The translations under genes and the position numbers were made by a program. Below the pieces are notes generated by a model. It worked only from the letters and a program-made list of their open reading frames with translations, searched no databases and had not been told where the DNA came from. From Bacteroidales bacterium (lineage in GTDB: Bacteria; Bacteroidota; Bacteroidia; Bacteroidales; VadinHA17), in the NCBI GenBank assembly GCA_050014255.1, contig JBEKDR010000033.1, positions 2,064-66,063 on the forward strand: DNA of 64,000 bases, given 5' to 3'. This document shows, in pieces, positions 48,071 to 58,412 of the stretch. Every line of letters starts with the position of its first letter. The first letter of the stretch is position 1.

Positions 48071-50206
48071 TTATAGTATTCCTCGATCCTCAAGCCATTT
48101 TCTTACTCTTTCGTGGTCTGCCTGGTATTTTGCTTCAACATCTTTGACTATTTGCTGAAACTCCGGTTCATCTTTTATCTTATTAAAAAGTGGATCATTT
48201 TTTAAATATGTCAACCACCATCTAGGACAATTAGGGATTCCTGACCACAATTTTAGATTCTCATATGCTTTTTTCCTATCTCCCAGGATTGAATATGTAG
48301 CAGCAAGATCATAAGCCGGACGTAATGGATCAACACTGACTCTCCCCATTTTTCTCACCTTGTCACAATATTTTATTAGCTCATTAAAATAATATTCTGC
48401 TTCCCGTTTATTTCCTTTTTGCCAGTATGCCCATCCCAATCGATGCATGCCAAACAAATATTGATCGCTAAGAGATTTAGATCTTTTTAACCATTCTTTG
48501 AAATATTTTAATGCTTCTTCATGCTTATCAAGAAACATATAATCTATTCCTAAAGACCAGTAGTTGTAAGTATTGCTTGAATCTATAGCACACCTCATAT
48601 ACAATTCAATAGATTTTTCGAAATTACCGGAAGCTAATTCATCATATGCCAGATTCTCATAATATTCCAATGAATCCTTGTCTAACTTAAGGGCTTCCTC
48701 TGCATAATATTTAGACTTTTCTAAAAATCCTGCCTGAAGATAAACACTACCAATAGATCTTAGTATACCTGGTAATTGTGATCCATGATTAAGAGACTTT
48801 GCTTTTAAAAGATTTTCAATGGATTTAACATTGTCATAATTAGAATAAACTTGTCCTTTTGAGTAATAAGCCATCCAATCATTAGGATTGTATTTCAGGG
48901 CTTTATCAAGTTCTTCTATAGCCTGTTCTTTATTACCCATCTGATTATAGTATACTCCTTTGATTGTATATGCTTCTGATAATTGATCATCATACGAAAG
49001 TGCAATATTTGTTAATATGAGAACAGAATCCAGAAAATTCCTGGTTAAAAAAGTTTGCCAATAATACTTAGCCAGATATACCGTAGCCAATCCGGAATAA
49101 GCCTGAGCAAATTTGGTGTCATATTTTAAGGCTTTACGATAAAGATTTTCGGCTCTCTCAAGTGATTCCTGGTTATCGCTTAAGAAATACTTCCAATATT
49201 CATCTCTTCCTCTCTGAAAAAAATCATTTGCAGTCAGACTCGTTGTGGGAGTTTTTTCGATAAGTTGTTTTTCCTCAGGGGTCATTGTTGCTTTTAATTC
49301 ATCTGCTATCATTTGAGCAATCCGGCTTTGTATATTAAAAATATCTTTAGATTCCTTTATTTCCTGTTCATAAGATTCTGCCCATAAATGTTTTTCGTTG
49401 TCAGCAGCAATTAGTTGCACCCTGAGACGAAATGTGTTGCCATATTTTTGTCCCTCACCTTCGACTATATAATTTACCCCCAGCTTTTTTGCGATTTCAG
49501 GCGTGGATTTGGTAGTGTTATTTCTGAATTGTTCAACTGAATTGCGGGAAAGAACCCTGAAATCTTTTATTTTTTGCAGATTATTAAGTATCTCTTCCAT
49601 GACACCATCCATGAAGTAAGTGGTTGAATCATTAGGGCTGTCATTATTAAAAGGTAATACTGCTATTGATTTTTCAAGGTTTGCGAGAGCTTTAGACTGT
49701 CTCCTGTCCTGAATGTAAAATATAAGGAGAATAGTTATTGCGATAAATGTGAATATAAACAAGATCCAGGGGAGGAGAAAAACAATAGCTCGCCTCATGG
49801 GTTTCTTTTGCTGCCGTTTGGCAGTGTTTTGAATGAGAATGTTTTCTTCATGACCAGGATCGCTGATTTCTCTTTTTTTAACTTCACCAGGAGCAAAGCC
49901 ATAATAATCATGAAAACACTTATCAAAGTAAGTTGAACTGCCAAATCCGACCCGAAAAGCGATTTCAGAAACTGTCGCTTCACCCCTTTGAAGCATTTCC
50001 ATGGCCTTTTTTAATCTTATTTCACGGATAAACTTGCTTAATTTCTGGTTATTTATGGACTTAAGTTTTCGGTTTATTTTAGAGTAGGTCATACCCATTT
50101 GCCGGGACACCACATCAACTCCGAACTGTTCATTCTCCATGTTAGCCAGAACAATAGCTGTCAGCTTCCTGATGAATATCTGATCTGTAGTCTGAGACTC
50201 GGTCAT
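48071..50206 (-). CDS. Membrane-anchored AraC-family HTH regulator with an extracytoplasmic TolB-N-like module and TPR repeats
   Basis: 711 aa. The N-terminal AraC dual HTH includes VSEIAFRVGFGSSTYFDKCF. One TM helix (IVFLLPWILFIFTFIAITILLIFYI), then KSIAVLPFNNDSPND and about 350 aa of TPR. Confidence 0.75.
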   Translation of the reverse strand: MTESQTTDQIFIRKLTAIVLANMENEQFGVDVVSRQMGMTYSKINRKLKSINNQKLSKFIREIRLKKAMEMLQRGEATVSEIAFRVGFGSSTYFDKCFHDYYGFAPGEVKKREISDPGHEENILIQNTAKRQQKKPMRRAIVFLLPWILFIFTFIAITILLIFYIQDRRQSKALANLEKSIAVLPFNNDSPNDSTTYFMDGVMEEILNNLQKIKDFRVLSRNSVEQFRNNTTKSTPEIAKKLGVNYIVEGEGQKYGNTFRLRVQLIAADNEKHLWAESYEQEIKESKDIFNIQSRIAQMIADELKATMTPEEKQLIEKTPTTSLTANDFFQRGRDEYWKYFLSDNQESLERAENLYRKALKYDTKFAQAYSGLATVYLAKYYWQTFLTRNFLDSVLILTNIALSYDDQLSEAYTIKGVYYNQMGNKEQAIEELDKALKYNPNDWMAYYSKGQVYSNYDNVKSIENLLKAKSLNHGSQLPGILRSIGSVYLQAGFLEKSKYYAEEALKLDKDSLEYYENLAYDELASGNFEKSIELYMRCAIDSSNTYNYWSLGIDYMFLDKHEEALKYFKEWLKRSKSLSDQYLFGMHRLGWAYWQKGNKREAEYYFNELIKYCDKVRKMGRVSVDPLRPAYDLAATYSILGDRKKAYENLKLWSGIPNCPRWWLTYLKNDPLFNKIKDEPEFQQIVKDVEAKYQADHERVRKWLEDRGIL

Positions 50207-50480
50207 TGAAGATGTTATAAGTTAATAGTTCAAATCCTTCCAGAGTATCTATTATCAAAGTTCTGAAACTATGGTCATTTCTGCAAATTAATTTGATGGC
50301 CATTCTCCGGGAAATGATGAATTTTGAATCTTTTTCTGAATCCTTTCTCGAGCCTTAGATTCAATTTTCTCTGAACAAATATTATTCCCATAAGGGATAT
50401 TATTTATATCTTCACATTACATAATGATTAACAAATAATACATTCGTTCAGGATTTATTAGATTATCAAAAACATAGAAA

Positions 50481-53042
50481 ATGAAGAAGCTGACTTTATC
50501 AGGTGTTATCTTGATATTCTTATTGTTATTAATTGGAATCTCAGGATGTAAACAAATTAAAACTGAAGTAAAACCAAGGACTATTTCTTTTGACCTGGGA
50601 TGGCGATTCATTAAAGCTAATCCTGCCGGAGCTGAAAAACCGGATTTTGATGATTCAGCCTGGAAGAGCTTAGACCTTCCACATGACTGGAGCATCGAAG
50701 ATCTGCCAGGTCAAAAGAAGGACAGTGTTGCAGGACCCTTTTCCAAAGAGTCCATCGGCAAAATGGGGACAGGTTATACAATTGGAGGGACGGCCTGGTA
50801 CAGAAAATCATTTACAATTGATAAGGCAGATAAAAACAAGATTGTGTACCTGCAGTTTGATGGTATTTATATGAACTCCGATGTTTGGGTAAATGGCAAG
50901 CATGTTGGAAACCATCCTTACGGTTACACCTCTTTTTACTACGACATAACGCCATTCCTTAATCCTGTCGGAGAAAAAAATGTAGTGGCTGTTCAGGTAA
51001 AGAATGAAGGGTTGAATGCCCGCTGGTACAGCGGTTCAGGAATATATCGGCATACCTGGCTTACAATTGTAAATCCTGTGCATGTCAGTATCTGGGGTAC
51101 TTATGTTACAACACCTGATATTTCCGATAAGAATGCTAAAATTGAAATTGTAACAAATGTTACAAATGCTGGTAATACTGAATTACCGGTTACTCTCCAG
51201 GTACGGCTTATCGATCCGGCGGGAAAAGTAGCAGGTACTGCCAGCACTGATTCATCAGTACCCGCAGAAAGTTCTTCAGATATCAAACAAAGTATCCTGG
51301 TAGACAGACCAGTTCTCTGGTCGGTTGAAAATCCGAATCTGTATCAGGCTCAGATAACATTGTCCGTTAAAAAGAAAGAATCAGATAATCTGAAAACTTC
51401 CTTTGGTATCCGTAATATTCATTTTGATGCACAAACAGGATTTACCCTGAATGGTAAAAGCATTAAGCTTAAAGGAGGATGTTTCCACCATGATAATGGT
51501 CCGCTTGGTTCTGCAGCTATTAACCGTGCAGAGGAGCGCAAGATTGAGCTTCTCAAAAAGGCAGGATTCAATGCCATACGCTGCAGTCATAATCCGCCTT
51601 CCCCATACCTGCTTGACGCCTGTGACCGGCTGGGTATTCTGGTCATAGATGAAGCGTTTGACATGTGGGAAAAGTCCAAGATGGCAATGATGAGCATGAT
51701 GCTTGGCTCTAAAGGGGCAAAAGATATAGTTGTTGATGATTATTCAAAATATTTTAAAGAATGGTGGCAAAATGATATTCGGGCAATGGTAGTGCGCGAT
51801 CGTAACCATCCATCAGTTATAATGTGGAGCATAGGAAATGAGATACCTGAAGCGGCAGATACTTCAGGACTGAGAATTGCTACAAATCTTACAAGAGAAG
51901 TCAGGAAATACGATCTGACCCGTGTTGTAACAGAAGCCAATGTAGATATGGGAGCTATGCTCAGTGGGAGAAGCACATGGGACATAAGGGCTCCTCATCT
52001 GGCTTTACTGGATGTGGTGGGTTATAATTATGCTTTCGACAGGTATGAAGCGGATCATAATAAATACCCGGAAAGAGTAATGGTCGGAACAGAATCCATG
52101 CCTCCGCTGGCATTTGAAAACTGGAAGGCTGATGAGTCTTTCCCGTATGCCCTTGGTGATTTCACCTGGGTGGCTATGGATTATCTTGGGGAGGCCGGAA
52201 CCGGTGTTCCCCGCCTTATTGATATTAATCCTGCGGGTAAAGGAGCCATAGATAATCCGATGGCTGGAATGATGCTATTTTTCAATATGAATTCATGGCC
52301 CTATTTCAATGATTTCCAGGGTGATCTCGATCTTATAGGTGTTCCGAAGGCTCCCTACTATTACAGGCACGTGACCTGGCATGAAATGCCCGCTGCAATG
52401 TTTGTTCACAGGCCAATTCCTGCCGGCAAAAAGGAAGTTGTGAGCCCATGGGGATTCCCTGACGAGCTTAAATGCTGGAACTGGGAAGGTCACGAAGGAG
52501 AAAAATTGCAGGTACATGTTTATACACGCAGCAAACTTGTCAGGCTCGAGTTGAATGGCAAGCCGGTTGGTGAACAGTCTGTTGACGACAGCAAATCAAT
52601 TACTGCCACATTCGAGGTTCCCTATGAACCAGGGACTCTTGTTGCCCGTTGTTTTGATAATGACATAGAGACTGCATCGGAGACAATCAAAACTACAGGC
52701 AAACCGGCGATCATCAGGTTAACCCCTGATCGATCTGTCATTAAAGCCGACAGGAATGACCTGTCTTACGTGATGACTGAAATACTTGATGCAGAAGGCA
52801 ATGTAGTACCGGATGCCGACAACATTCTGGTGAACTTTGAAATCAACGGTAATGGGGAAATTGCCGGTGCAGGCAGTGGCAGTCCAACGGATATGTCGAG
52901 TTTTCAGCAGCCTCATAAAAAGACCTGGCAGGGAAGGTGCCTGGCAATTATCAGGCCTAAGGGAGAAGTCGGCAAAATTTTACTGACTGCCAGGGCAGAA
53001 GGATTAAAAGAGGCGGTAGCAGAGATTACAACTAAAAACTAA
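50481..53042 (+). CDS. Glycoside hydrolase family 2 (beta-galactosidase/beta-glucuronidase-like), secreted
   Basis: 853 aa. Lipoprotein-like signal (ISGCK). Motifs DLPHDWSIED, NAIRCSHNPP, WSIGNEI (acid/base Glu) and GTESMP (nucleophile Glu). Confidence 0.85.
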   Translation: MKKLTLSGVILIFLLLLIGISGCKQIKTEVKPRTISFDLGWRFIKANPAGAEKPDFDDSAWKSLDLPHDWSIEDLPGQKKDSVAGPFSKESIGKMGTGYTIGGTAWYRKSFTIDKADKNKIVYLQFDGIYMNSDVWVNGKHVGNHPYGYTSFYYDITPFLNPVGEKNVVAVQVKNEGLNARWYSGSGIYRHTWLTIVNPVHVSIWGTYVTTPDISDKNAKIEIVTNVTNAGNTELPVTLQVRLIDPAGKVAGTASTDSSVPAESSSDIKQSILVDRPVLWSVENPNLYQAQITLSVKKKESDNLKTSFGIRNIHFDAQTGFTLNGKSIKLKGGCFHHDNGPLGSAAINRAEERKIELLKKAGFNAIRCSHNPPSPYLLDACDRLGILVIDEAFDMWEKSKMAMMSMMLGSKGAKDIVVDDYSKYFKEWWQNDIRAMVVRDRNHPSVIMWSIGNEIPEAADTSGLRIATNLTREVRKYDLTRVVTEANVDMGAMLSGRSTWDIRAPHLALLDVVGYNYAFDRYEADHNKYPERVMVGTESMPPLAFENWKADESFPYALGDFTWVAMDYLGEAGTGVPRLIDINPAGKGAIDNPMAGMMLFFNMNSWPYFNDFQGDLDLIGVPKAPYYYRHVTWHEMPAAMFVHRPIPAGKKEVVSPWGFPDELKCWNWEGHEGEKLQVHVYTRSKLVRLELNGKPVGEQSVDDSKSITATFEVPYEPGTLVARCFDNDIETASETIKTTGKPAIIRLTPDRSVIKADRNDLSYVMTEILDAEGNVVPDADNILVNFEINGNGEIAGAGSGSPTDMSSFQQPHKKTWQGRCLAIIRPKGEVGKILLTARAEGLKEAVAEITTKN

Positions 53043-53065
53043 ATGATATAATAAAACAAATAAGA

Positions 53066-53863
53066 CTACATAGATATTATATCCAGGGTTTTACCTTCCG
53101 TCTGTTCATAAAGCTGTTTTGCAATCTCGGCCTTGTCATGGCTGAAGGAAGGATCCATGGAATAAGCTATCATATATGATTCATAGGCTTTATCGTATTT
53201 CTTAATATACATATAGAAATCTCCCTTTGAGTCGTACACGTTCGGATTCTTCGGTTCAAGCTCAATGTATTTGTCGAAAGCCTCCTCCCCCTTATCGTTC
53301 TGCTTTAATGTCAGATATGCGTATCCGAGCTGGTTGTAAAAGGATGCAGGATTCGAAGCGATTTTAATTGCCTTATTTAAAGTTTCAACAATACCGGTAG
53401 TATCGCCTGCAAGTGATTGAAAAGAAACCAGGTTATTATATGAATTGGGATCATTTGGATACATCTCTATAAGCTTTTGCCCCAGGTTGGTAACATCGCT
53501 TTGTCCCTGTTTCAATCTGGACAAAGCCTCTTTAAGAAGTTCTTCAGCATCACTGAGTTTAGTTTTGCAGTTTATTGCAGCATCTACATACTCGTTAAAA
53601 TTATCACCAGATCGATTCAGAAGGTAATAAGATGCCAGCTGGAAATTAGCCATAAAAAAATCGGGATCCTGATCAAGAGCTTTTTTAAAGGTTTCAATTG
53701 CTTTATTCAGATTTACGTCATCATAGTACTTTATGGCATGGTTATAAAGTGACAACGCTGATTTAGAATTGGTAGTAACCGGCATAAATTTATCATTAGC
53801 CGGCTGGGAAAATATCAATGTTCCTGTTATAAGTAACATTGTCAAAAGAAATATCCTCTTCAT
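53066..53863 (-). CDS. Secreted TPR-repeat protein
   Basis: 265 aa with a signal peptide and several TPR-like repeats. Confidence 0.6.
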   Translation of the reverse strand: MKRIFLLTMLLITGTLIFSQPANDKFMPVTTNSKSALSLYNHAIKYYDDVNLNKAIETFKKALDQDPDFFMANFQLASYYLLNRSGDNFNEYVDAAINCKTKLSDAEELLKEALSRLKQGQSDVTNLGQKLIEMYPNDPNSYNNLVSFQSLAGDTTGIVETLNKAIKIASNPASFYNQLGYAYLTLKQNDKGEEAFDKYIELEPKNPNVYDSKGDFYMYIKKYDKAYESYMIAYSMDPSFSHDKAEIAKQLYEQTEGKTLDIISM

Positions 53864-54067
53864 TTTTCTGAATTTTTAGTTAATTGAGCTTTACTAATAT
53901 CTAAATTTATTTATACAAATCATAAATCATTTATTAATTATGAGTATAACAAATAAAAACGCATACCTGTTTAATAAATGCAAAATTGTCCGATTTTTTC
54001 TGTTTAAGTGGTGAAAGAGTCCTAAAATTTGTTTTATTTTTACTACAGTTCATAAAAACTCCCTGTA

Positions 54068-56512
54068 ATGAAAAAACTGATTATTCCCCTGTTCCTCTCA
54101 TTAAGTTTAATGTTGTTATCCTCCTCAACGGATACTGTAAAAATCGGATCCATCAATAATCGTAATCTTCCCTTTGACACGGGGTGGAAATTCCTGCGCG
54201 ACAGTGTGGCCGGAGCACAAAATCCTTCGTTTGACGACTCCGGATGGCGTAAACTGGATCTGCCCCATGACTGGAGCATTGAGAATTTTGCCGATAACGA
54301 TAATGAGGATCATATTGGTCCCTTTACCAAAACGAGTGAAGGAGGCGTTTCCACGGGTCATGTAAAAGGTGGCACCGGTTGGTACAGAAAACATTTCACG
54401 CCGGATGATTCATTCAGGATGAAGAATGTATCTGTTTGCTTCGACGGTGTTTACATGATAACCACTGTCTGGGTGAACGGGAAGAAGGCAGGGGATCATT
54501 TCTATGGATATACCCCTTTTTCGTTCGACATTTCAGGGCTGCTGATACCGGGAACCGATAATGTAATTGCTGTTGAGGTAAAGAATCCAGGGAAGAACAG
54601 CCGATGGTACAGTGGATCAGGGATATATCGCCACGTGTGGCTCACAATAACCAATCCGCTCAGAGTAGATGAAAATGGCCTTTATGTTACAACAAAATTA
54701 CTTTCAAAGGAAACAGCTCAGATTCAGCTGTCAGTTAAACTTAAAAACAGCGGTCACGAAAACTCTGAAGGAAAGCTTGTAACTTTTATCAGTGATACGG
54801 ATGACCGGGTTCTTGATAAGACAGAGAAATCAATAGAGATTGAGTCAGACGGGACATTATCAGTTGAACAGTCACTTAAAATAACACAACCGTCTCTATG
54901 GTCGGTTGAAAATCCCCACCTGTATCGGGCCACATCCCAGATCGTAGTAAAAGGGAAGATAATTGACAGTTATTCAGTGAAGTTTGGAGTAAGAATACTT
55001 GACTTCAATGCAGGCAAAGGTTTTCGCCTTAATGATATCCCGCTTGAGCTTAAGGGTGCATGCATGCATCATGACAACGGGTTACTTGGCTCTGCAGCTT
55101 TCGACCGTGCAGAAGAAAGACGGATTGAAATAATGAAAGCCAATGGGTATAATGCCATACGTACCAGTCATAATCCACCTTCGAAACAATTTCTCGACGC
55201 CTGCGACCGGCTTGGAATGCTTGTAATCGATGAAGCATTTGATATGTGGGAGCATCCAAAAAACCTCTCGGATTACAGTAATTATTTTAAAGATAACTGG
55301 AAAAATGATCTGCAATCTATGATCCTTCGTGACCGTAACCACCCCAGTGTGATTGCATGGAGTATAGGTAATGAAATTTACGAACGGGCCGACACTTCAG
55401 GTCAGCGTATCGCAGGCCATCTGGTCAGTGTTGTTAAATCTCTTGACAATTCACGTCCTGTTACTGCAGCAGTTTGCTTTTTCTGGGATCATCCCGGTAC
55501 TGATTGGTCAGCCTCGGCAAAAGCTTTTGCCAGCCTTGATGTGGCAGGATATAATTACGAATGGAGAGAGTATGAAAACGATCATAAAAAATACCCCGAT
55601 CGGATAATGGCAGGTACAGAGTCATTTCCGATTGAAGCATTTGAAAACTGGCAGCAGGTGGAAAAAGATTCATGGGTTATAGGGGATTTTGTCTGGACCG
55701 GCATGGATTATCTGGGAGAATCGGGCATCGGCCATGTGTATTATGACAAGAATGCCAGTTTCAGTATGCCCTGGCCCTGGTATAACTCCTGGTGCGGCGA
55801 TATAGATATTACCGGACAAAAAAAAGGTCAATCTTATTTCAGGGATGTTGTATGGGGCAGAAGTAATCTTGAGATGGCAGTTCATGCACTACTTCCGGCA
55901 GGGAAAAAGGAAGGTATTTCAATGTGGGGCTGGCCGGCTGAATATCAGAGCTGGACCTGGCCCGGAGAGGAAGGTGATACATTGCAGGTATCTGTTTATT
56001 CGCGTTGCCAGGAAGTACGCCTTGAGTTAAATGGAAAAGTTATAGGGCAAAAACAAACTTCTGACAAAACCAGTCTTACCGCAAAATTCACCGTACCATA
56101 CTCAGCTGGTGAGCTAAAAGCTACAGGGATAATAAATGGAAAGGAAGTAGCAACAAAGGTGTTTAAAACAGCCGGAAAGCCTTCTCACCTGGTATTAACA
56201 TCAGACAGGGCACATATTAATGCTGATCGTAACGATCTCGCTTATGTTTCAGTTGAAGTCAGGGATAAAGATGAAAATCTTGTGCCGAATACTGACATAA
56301 CTGTTAAATTCAAAGTATCAGGTGGCGGTGAATTGCTGGCATCTGGAAATGCTGCACCCGATGATATGCAAAGTTTCCGCAAACCTGAATGCAAGACCTT
56401 TGATGGGAAATGCCTGGCTATTATCAGACCTTATGCAAAAGCAAGTCCAATAAAGGTGAATGCTGAAGCAGCAGGACTTCCGGATGCTATGATTGAGATC
56501 CTGACCAGGTAA
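54068..56512 (+). CDS. Glycoside hydrolase family 2 paralogue
   Basis: 814 aa. It is collinear with 50481-53042 (DLPHDWSIEN, NAIRTSHNPP, WSIGNEI, GTESFP). Confidence 0.85.
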   Translation: MKKLIIPLFLSLSLMLLSSSTDTVKIGSINNRNLPFDTGWKFLRDSVAGAQNPSFDDSGWRKLDLPHDWSIENFADNDNEDHIGPFTKTSEGGVSTGHVKGGTGWYRKHFTPDDSFRMKNVSVCFDGVYMITTVWVNGKKAGDHFYGYTPFSFDISGLLIPGTDNVIAVEVKNPGKNSRWYSGSGIYRHVWLTITNPLRVDENGLYVTTKLLSKETAQIQLSVKLKNSGHENSEGKLVTFISDTDDRVLDKTEKSIEIESDGTLSVEQSLKITQPSLWSVENPHLYRATSQIVVKGKIIDSYSVKFGVRILDFNAGKGFRLNDIPLELKGACMHHDNGLLGSAAFDRAEERRIEIMKANGYNAIRTSHNPPSKQFLDACDRLGMLVIDEAFDMWEHPKNLSDYSNYFKDNWKNDLQSMILRDRNHPSVIAWSIGNEIYERADTSGQRIAGHLVSVVKSLDNSRPVTAAVCFFWDHPGTDWSASAKAFASLDVAGYNYEWREYENDHKKYPDRIMAGTESFPIEAFENWQQVEKDSWVIGDFVWTGMDYLGESGIGHVYYDKNASFSMPWPWYNSWCGDIDITGQKKGQSYFRDVVWGRSNLEMAVHALLPAGKKEGISMWGWPAEYQSWTWPGEEGDTLQVSVYSRCQEVRLELNGKVIGQKQTSDKTSLTAKFTVPYSAGELKATGIINGKEVATKVFKTAGKPSHLVLTSDRAHINADRNDLAYVSVEVRDKDENLVPNTDITVKFKVSGGGELLASGNAAPDDMQSFRKPECKTFDGKCLAIIRPYAKASPIKVNAEAAGLPDAMIEILTR

Positions 56513-57272
56513 ATAGGAAGAATGGGAAAATGGCATTTCTTTCTTTAGGGTATTCTGGAAATTCTTTAATATACCATTTGTGATGATCAAGAGCTCTTGT
56601 TGTAAGATTTACTAAAGTCCAAACCAAAAAAGAGAGAGCAGGCAGATTAAAAGCAACAAGTACGTAACCTGTCCATGAAATAATTTCACCGAGAAAATTA
56701 GGACAGGAAACATATTTGAAAAGTCCACCGTAAGGAATTTTATAACCGTTACCTGATGCCGGACGGAGGTTAATCAGTATTAAGTCGTGATATTTATTAA
56801 TGACAAAACCTGTTAAAAATAAAATTACACCAGTGGTCAGGCGTAAATTAATTAGTACACCTGATCTGTACTCATTTGCGAAATGTACAAACCAGTAGCC
56901 ATTTAAAAATCCGTTTATGATATTAAATACGAAGGCAAGAATTACAATTACTACAGGTATCCTTTTCCTGGCTGTCCTGATCTGAAGCGGAAAAATAATA
57001 ACACGGTGAATATAATGTATTCCCCATAATAATGCCGGCACCAGGATAAGAACGTTGAACAAATTCACTTTATAAACCATAAAATATCCAAAGACTACCA
57101 AGGCAGGCAACTCCATTAAAAACCATCCGAATCTATTGTTAATCATTGGGCCCCAGTTGTTCTTCGCATGTCTCCCATAAGGTTGTGTAACTCTTAGGAG
57201 TATTGGAAATATGATAACCGCAATAGCGATCCAAATCAAGCAAATCATGTTAAATATCCCGTGCGATATCAT
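56487..57272 (-). CDS. 3-oxo-5-alpha-steroid 4-dehydrogenase (SRD5A/polyprenol-reductase)-like membrane protein
   Basis: 261 aa, polytopic. The C-terminal YKIPYGGLFKYVSCPNFLGEIISWTGY matches the steroid 5-alpha-reductase family motif. Its 3' end overlaps the convergent GH2 gene by 26 nt. Confidence 0.65.
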   Translation of the reverse strand: MISHGIFNMICLIWIAIAVIIFPILLRVTQPYGRHAKNNWGPMINNRFGWFLMELPALVVFGYFMVYKVNLFNVLILVPALLWGIHYIHRVIIFPLQIRTARKRIPVVIVILAFVFNIINGFLNGYWFVHFANEYRSGVLINLRLTTGVILFLTGFVINKYHDLILINLRPASGNGYKIPYGGLFKYVSCPNFLGEIISWTGYVLVAFNLPALSFLVWTLVNLTTRALDHHKWYIKEFPEYPKERNAIFPFFLFTWSGSQS

Positions 57273-57273
57273 A

Positions 57274-58251
57274 TCAGTTTATTATATTGTTCTCTCTGTA
57301 CCAGTCAAATGTGTCCTTAAGCGTCTTTTCAAGAGGACGCGGTTCGTATCCTAACTCCTTTTTAGCTTTTATATTTGAAATATTAACAGGGGAATTGATC
57401 AGAATGTCAAGAGACTGATATGTATATAAAGGCTCCTTTTTTGTCAATGACGAGTAAACCTGAATAAACGGACATGCCATGCGTGCAAGCGAAACCGGAA
57501 CGATAACAGGAGTATTTCGCCCCGATATTTTACTAATCATTACAGATAACTGACGGAGGCTACAGAATTCCCCGGACAGGATATATTTTTCTCCTTTCCG
57601 TCCCGAGACAATGGCTTGTATTGAAGCTGACACCACATCACGAACATCTACCCAGTTGTAACCGCCAGAAACCAGAAATGGCAATTTCTTTTTATAAATT
57701 TTAAGAAGTGCCTGACCAAGCAAAGAGCCTCTGTAATCGAACGGACCAATTACTGCTGTTGGATTTAAAATGACAGCGTTCAGCCCCTCTTTCACCGCGT
57801 TCATTACTTCCCTTTCGCCTTCAGCTTTTGTAAACTCATAAATTATCTTATTTGTTTCAACCAAAGATGTGCTCTCATCAATCAGCTGATCGGGAGACGC
57901 AATCTGAAATGCATGAATACTGCTGAAATGAATGAATTTTTTGGATCCGGCCTTATTAGCTGCTTTTATAATGTTTTTAGTACCGGTAACATTGGTTTCA
58001 TAGACTTTTGCTGAAGATCGGTTATCTATGGCAATCTGAGCTGCAAGATGAAATACAACATCCACTCCTTCACACAATTTAATCAGAGATTCAGGTTCAA
58101 GCAAATCTCCCTTGATAAGTTCAACGTCCATTTCATCCAAACCGTTTCCGGAATCGTAAACCAAGGCTTTTATCCCGGCCCCCTGCTTTTTTAGTTCCCG
58201 AAGGAGGCAACTTCCTATATGTCCACTGGCGCCGGTAACAGCGACTTTCAT
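57274..58251 (-). CDS. NAD-dependent epimerase/dehydratase-family SDR (dihydroflavonol-reductase-like)
   Basis: 325 aa. Rossmann motif VTGASGHIGSCL and a YEFTKAEGE (YxxxK) catalytic segment. Confidence 0.75.
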   Translation of the reverse strand: MKVAVTGASGHIGSCLLRELKKQGAGIKALVYDSGNGLDEMDVELIKGDLLEPESLIKLCEGVDVVFHLAAQIAIDNRSSAKVYETNVTGTKNIIKAANKAGSKKFIHFSSIHAFQIASPDQLIDESTSLVETNKIIYEFTKAEGEREVMNAVKEGLNAVILNPTAVIGPFDYRGSLLGQALLKIYKKKLPFLVSGGYNWVDVRDVVSASIQAIVSGRKGEKYILSGEFCSLRQLSVMISKISGRNTPVIVPVSLARMACPFIQVYSSLTKKEPLYTYQSLDILINSPVNISNIKAKKELGYEPRPLEKTLKDTFDWYRENNIIN

Positions 58252-58412
58252 AATAAAATGTGTAAAATCTTAACTTTATAAAGCTAAACTATTTACACAA
58301 ATAAGCAAAAGAGTTGTCTGTCAAAATGGATATTTAAAATATTCGCCGTACTGATAACCATTATCCAATAAAATTGTGTGTCTTCTTTTATAAGGTGTAA
58401 GTCAAGGAAATT

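Noticed and set aside
50417-50695. 92-aa minus-strand ORF whose peptide resembles the 78-aa ORF at 54043-54279 (MLQSCGRSKLFQAESS... versus MLQSWGRSSLRHPESS...)
   Set aside because: Both lie antisense to the conserved N-terminal region (DLPHDWSIE) of the two GH2 paralogues. The similarity is a by-product of the sense-strand paralogy.
50481-56512. Two GH2 genes flanking a TPR gene, considered as a possible polysaccharide utilisation locus
   Set aside because: No SusC/SusD pair, hybrid two-component sensor or ECF/anti-sigma pair is adjacent. It looks like simple paralogy of secreted glycosidases, and nothing unusual is visible in the sequence.
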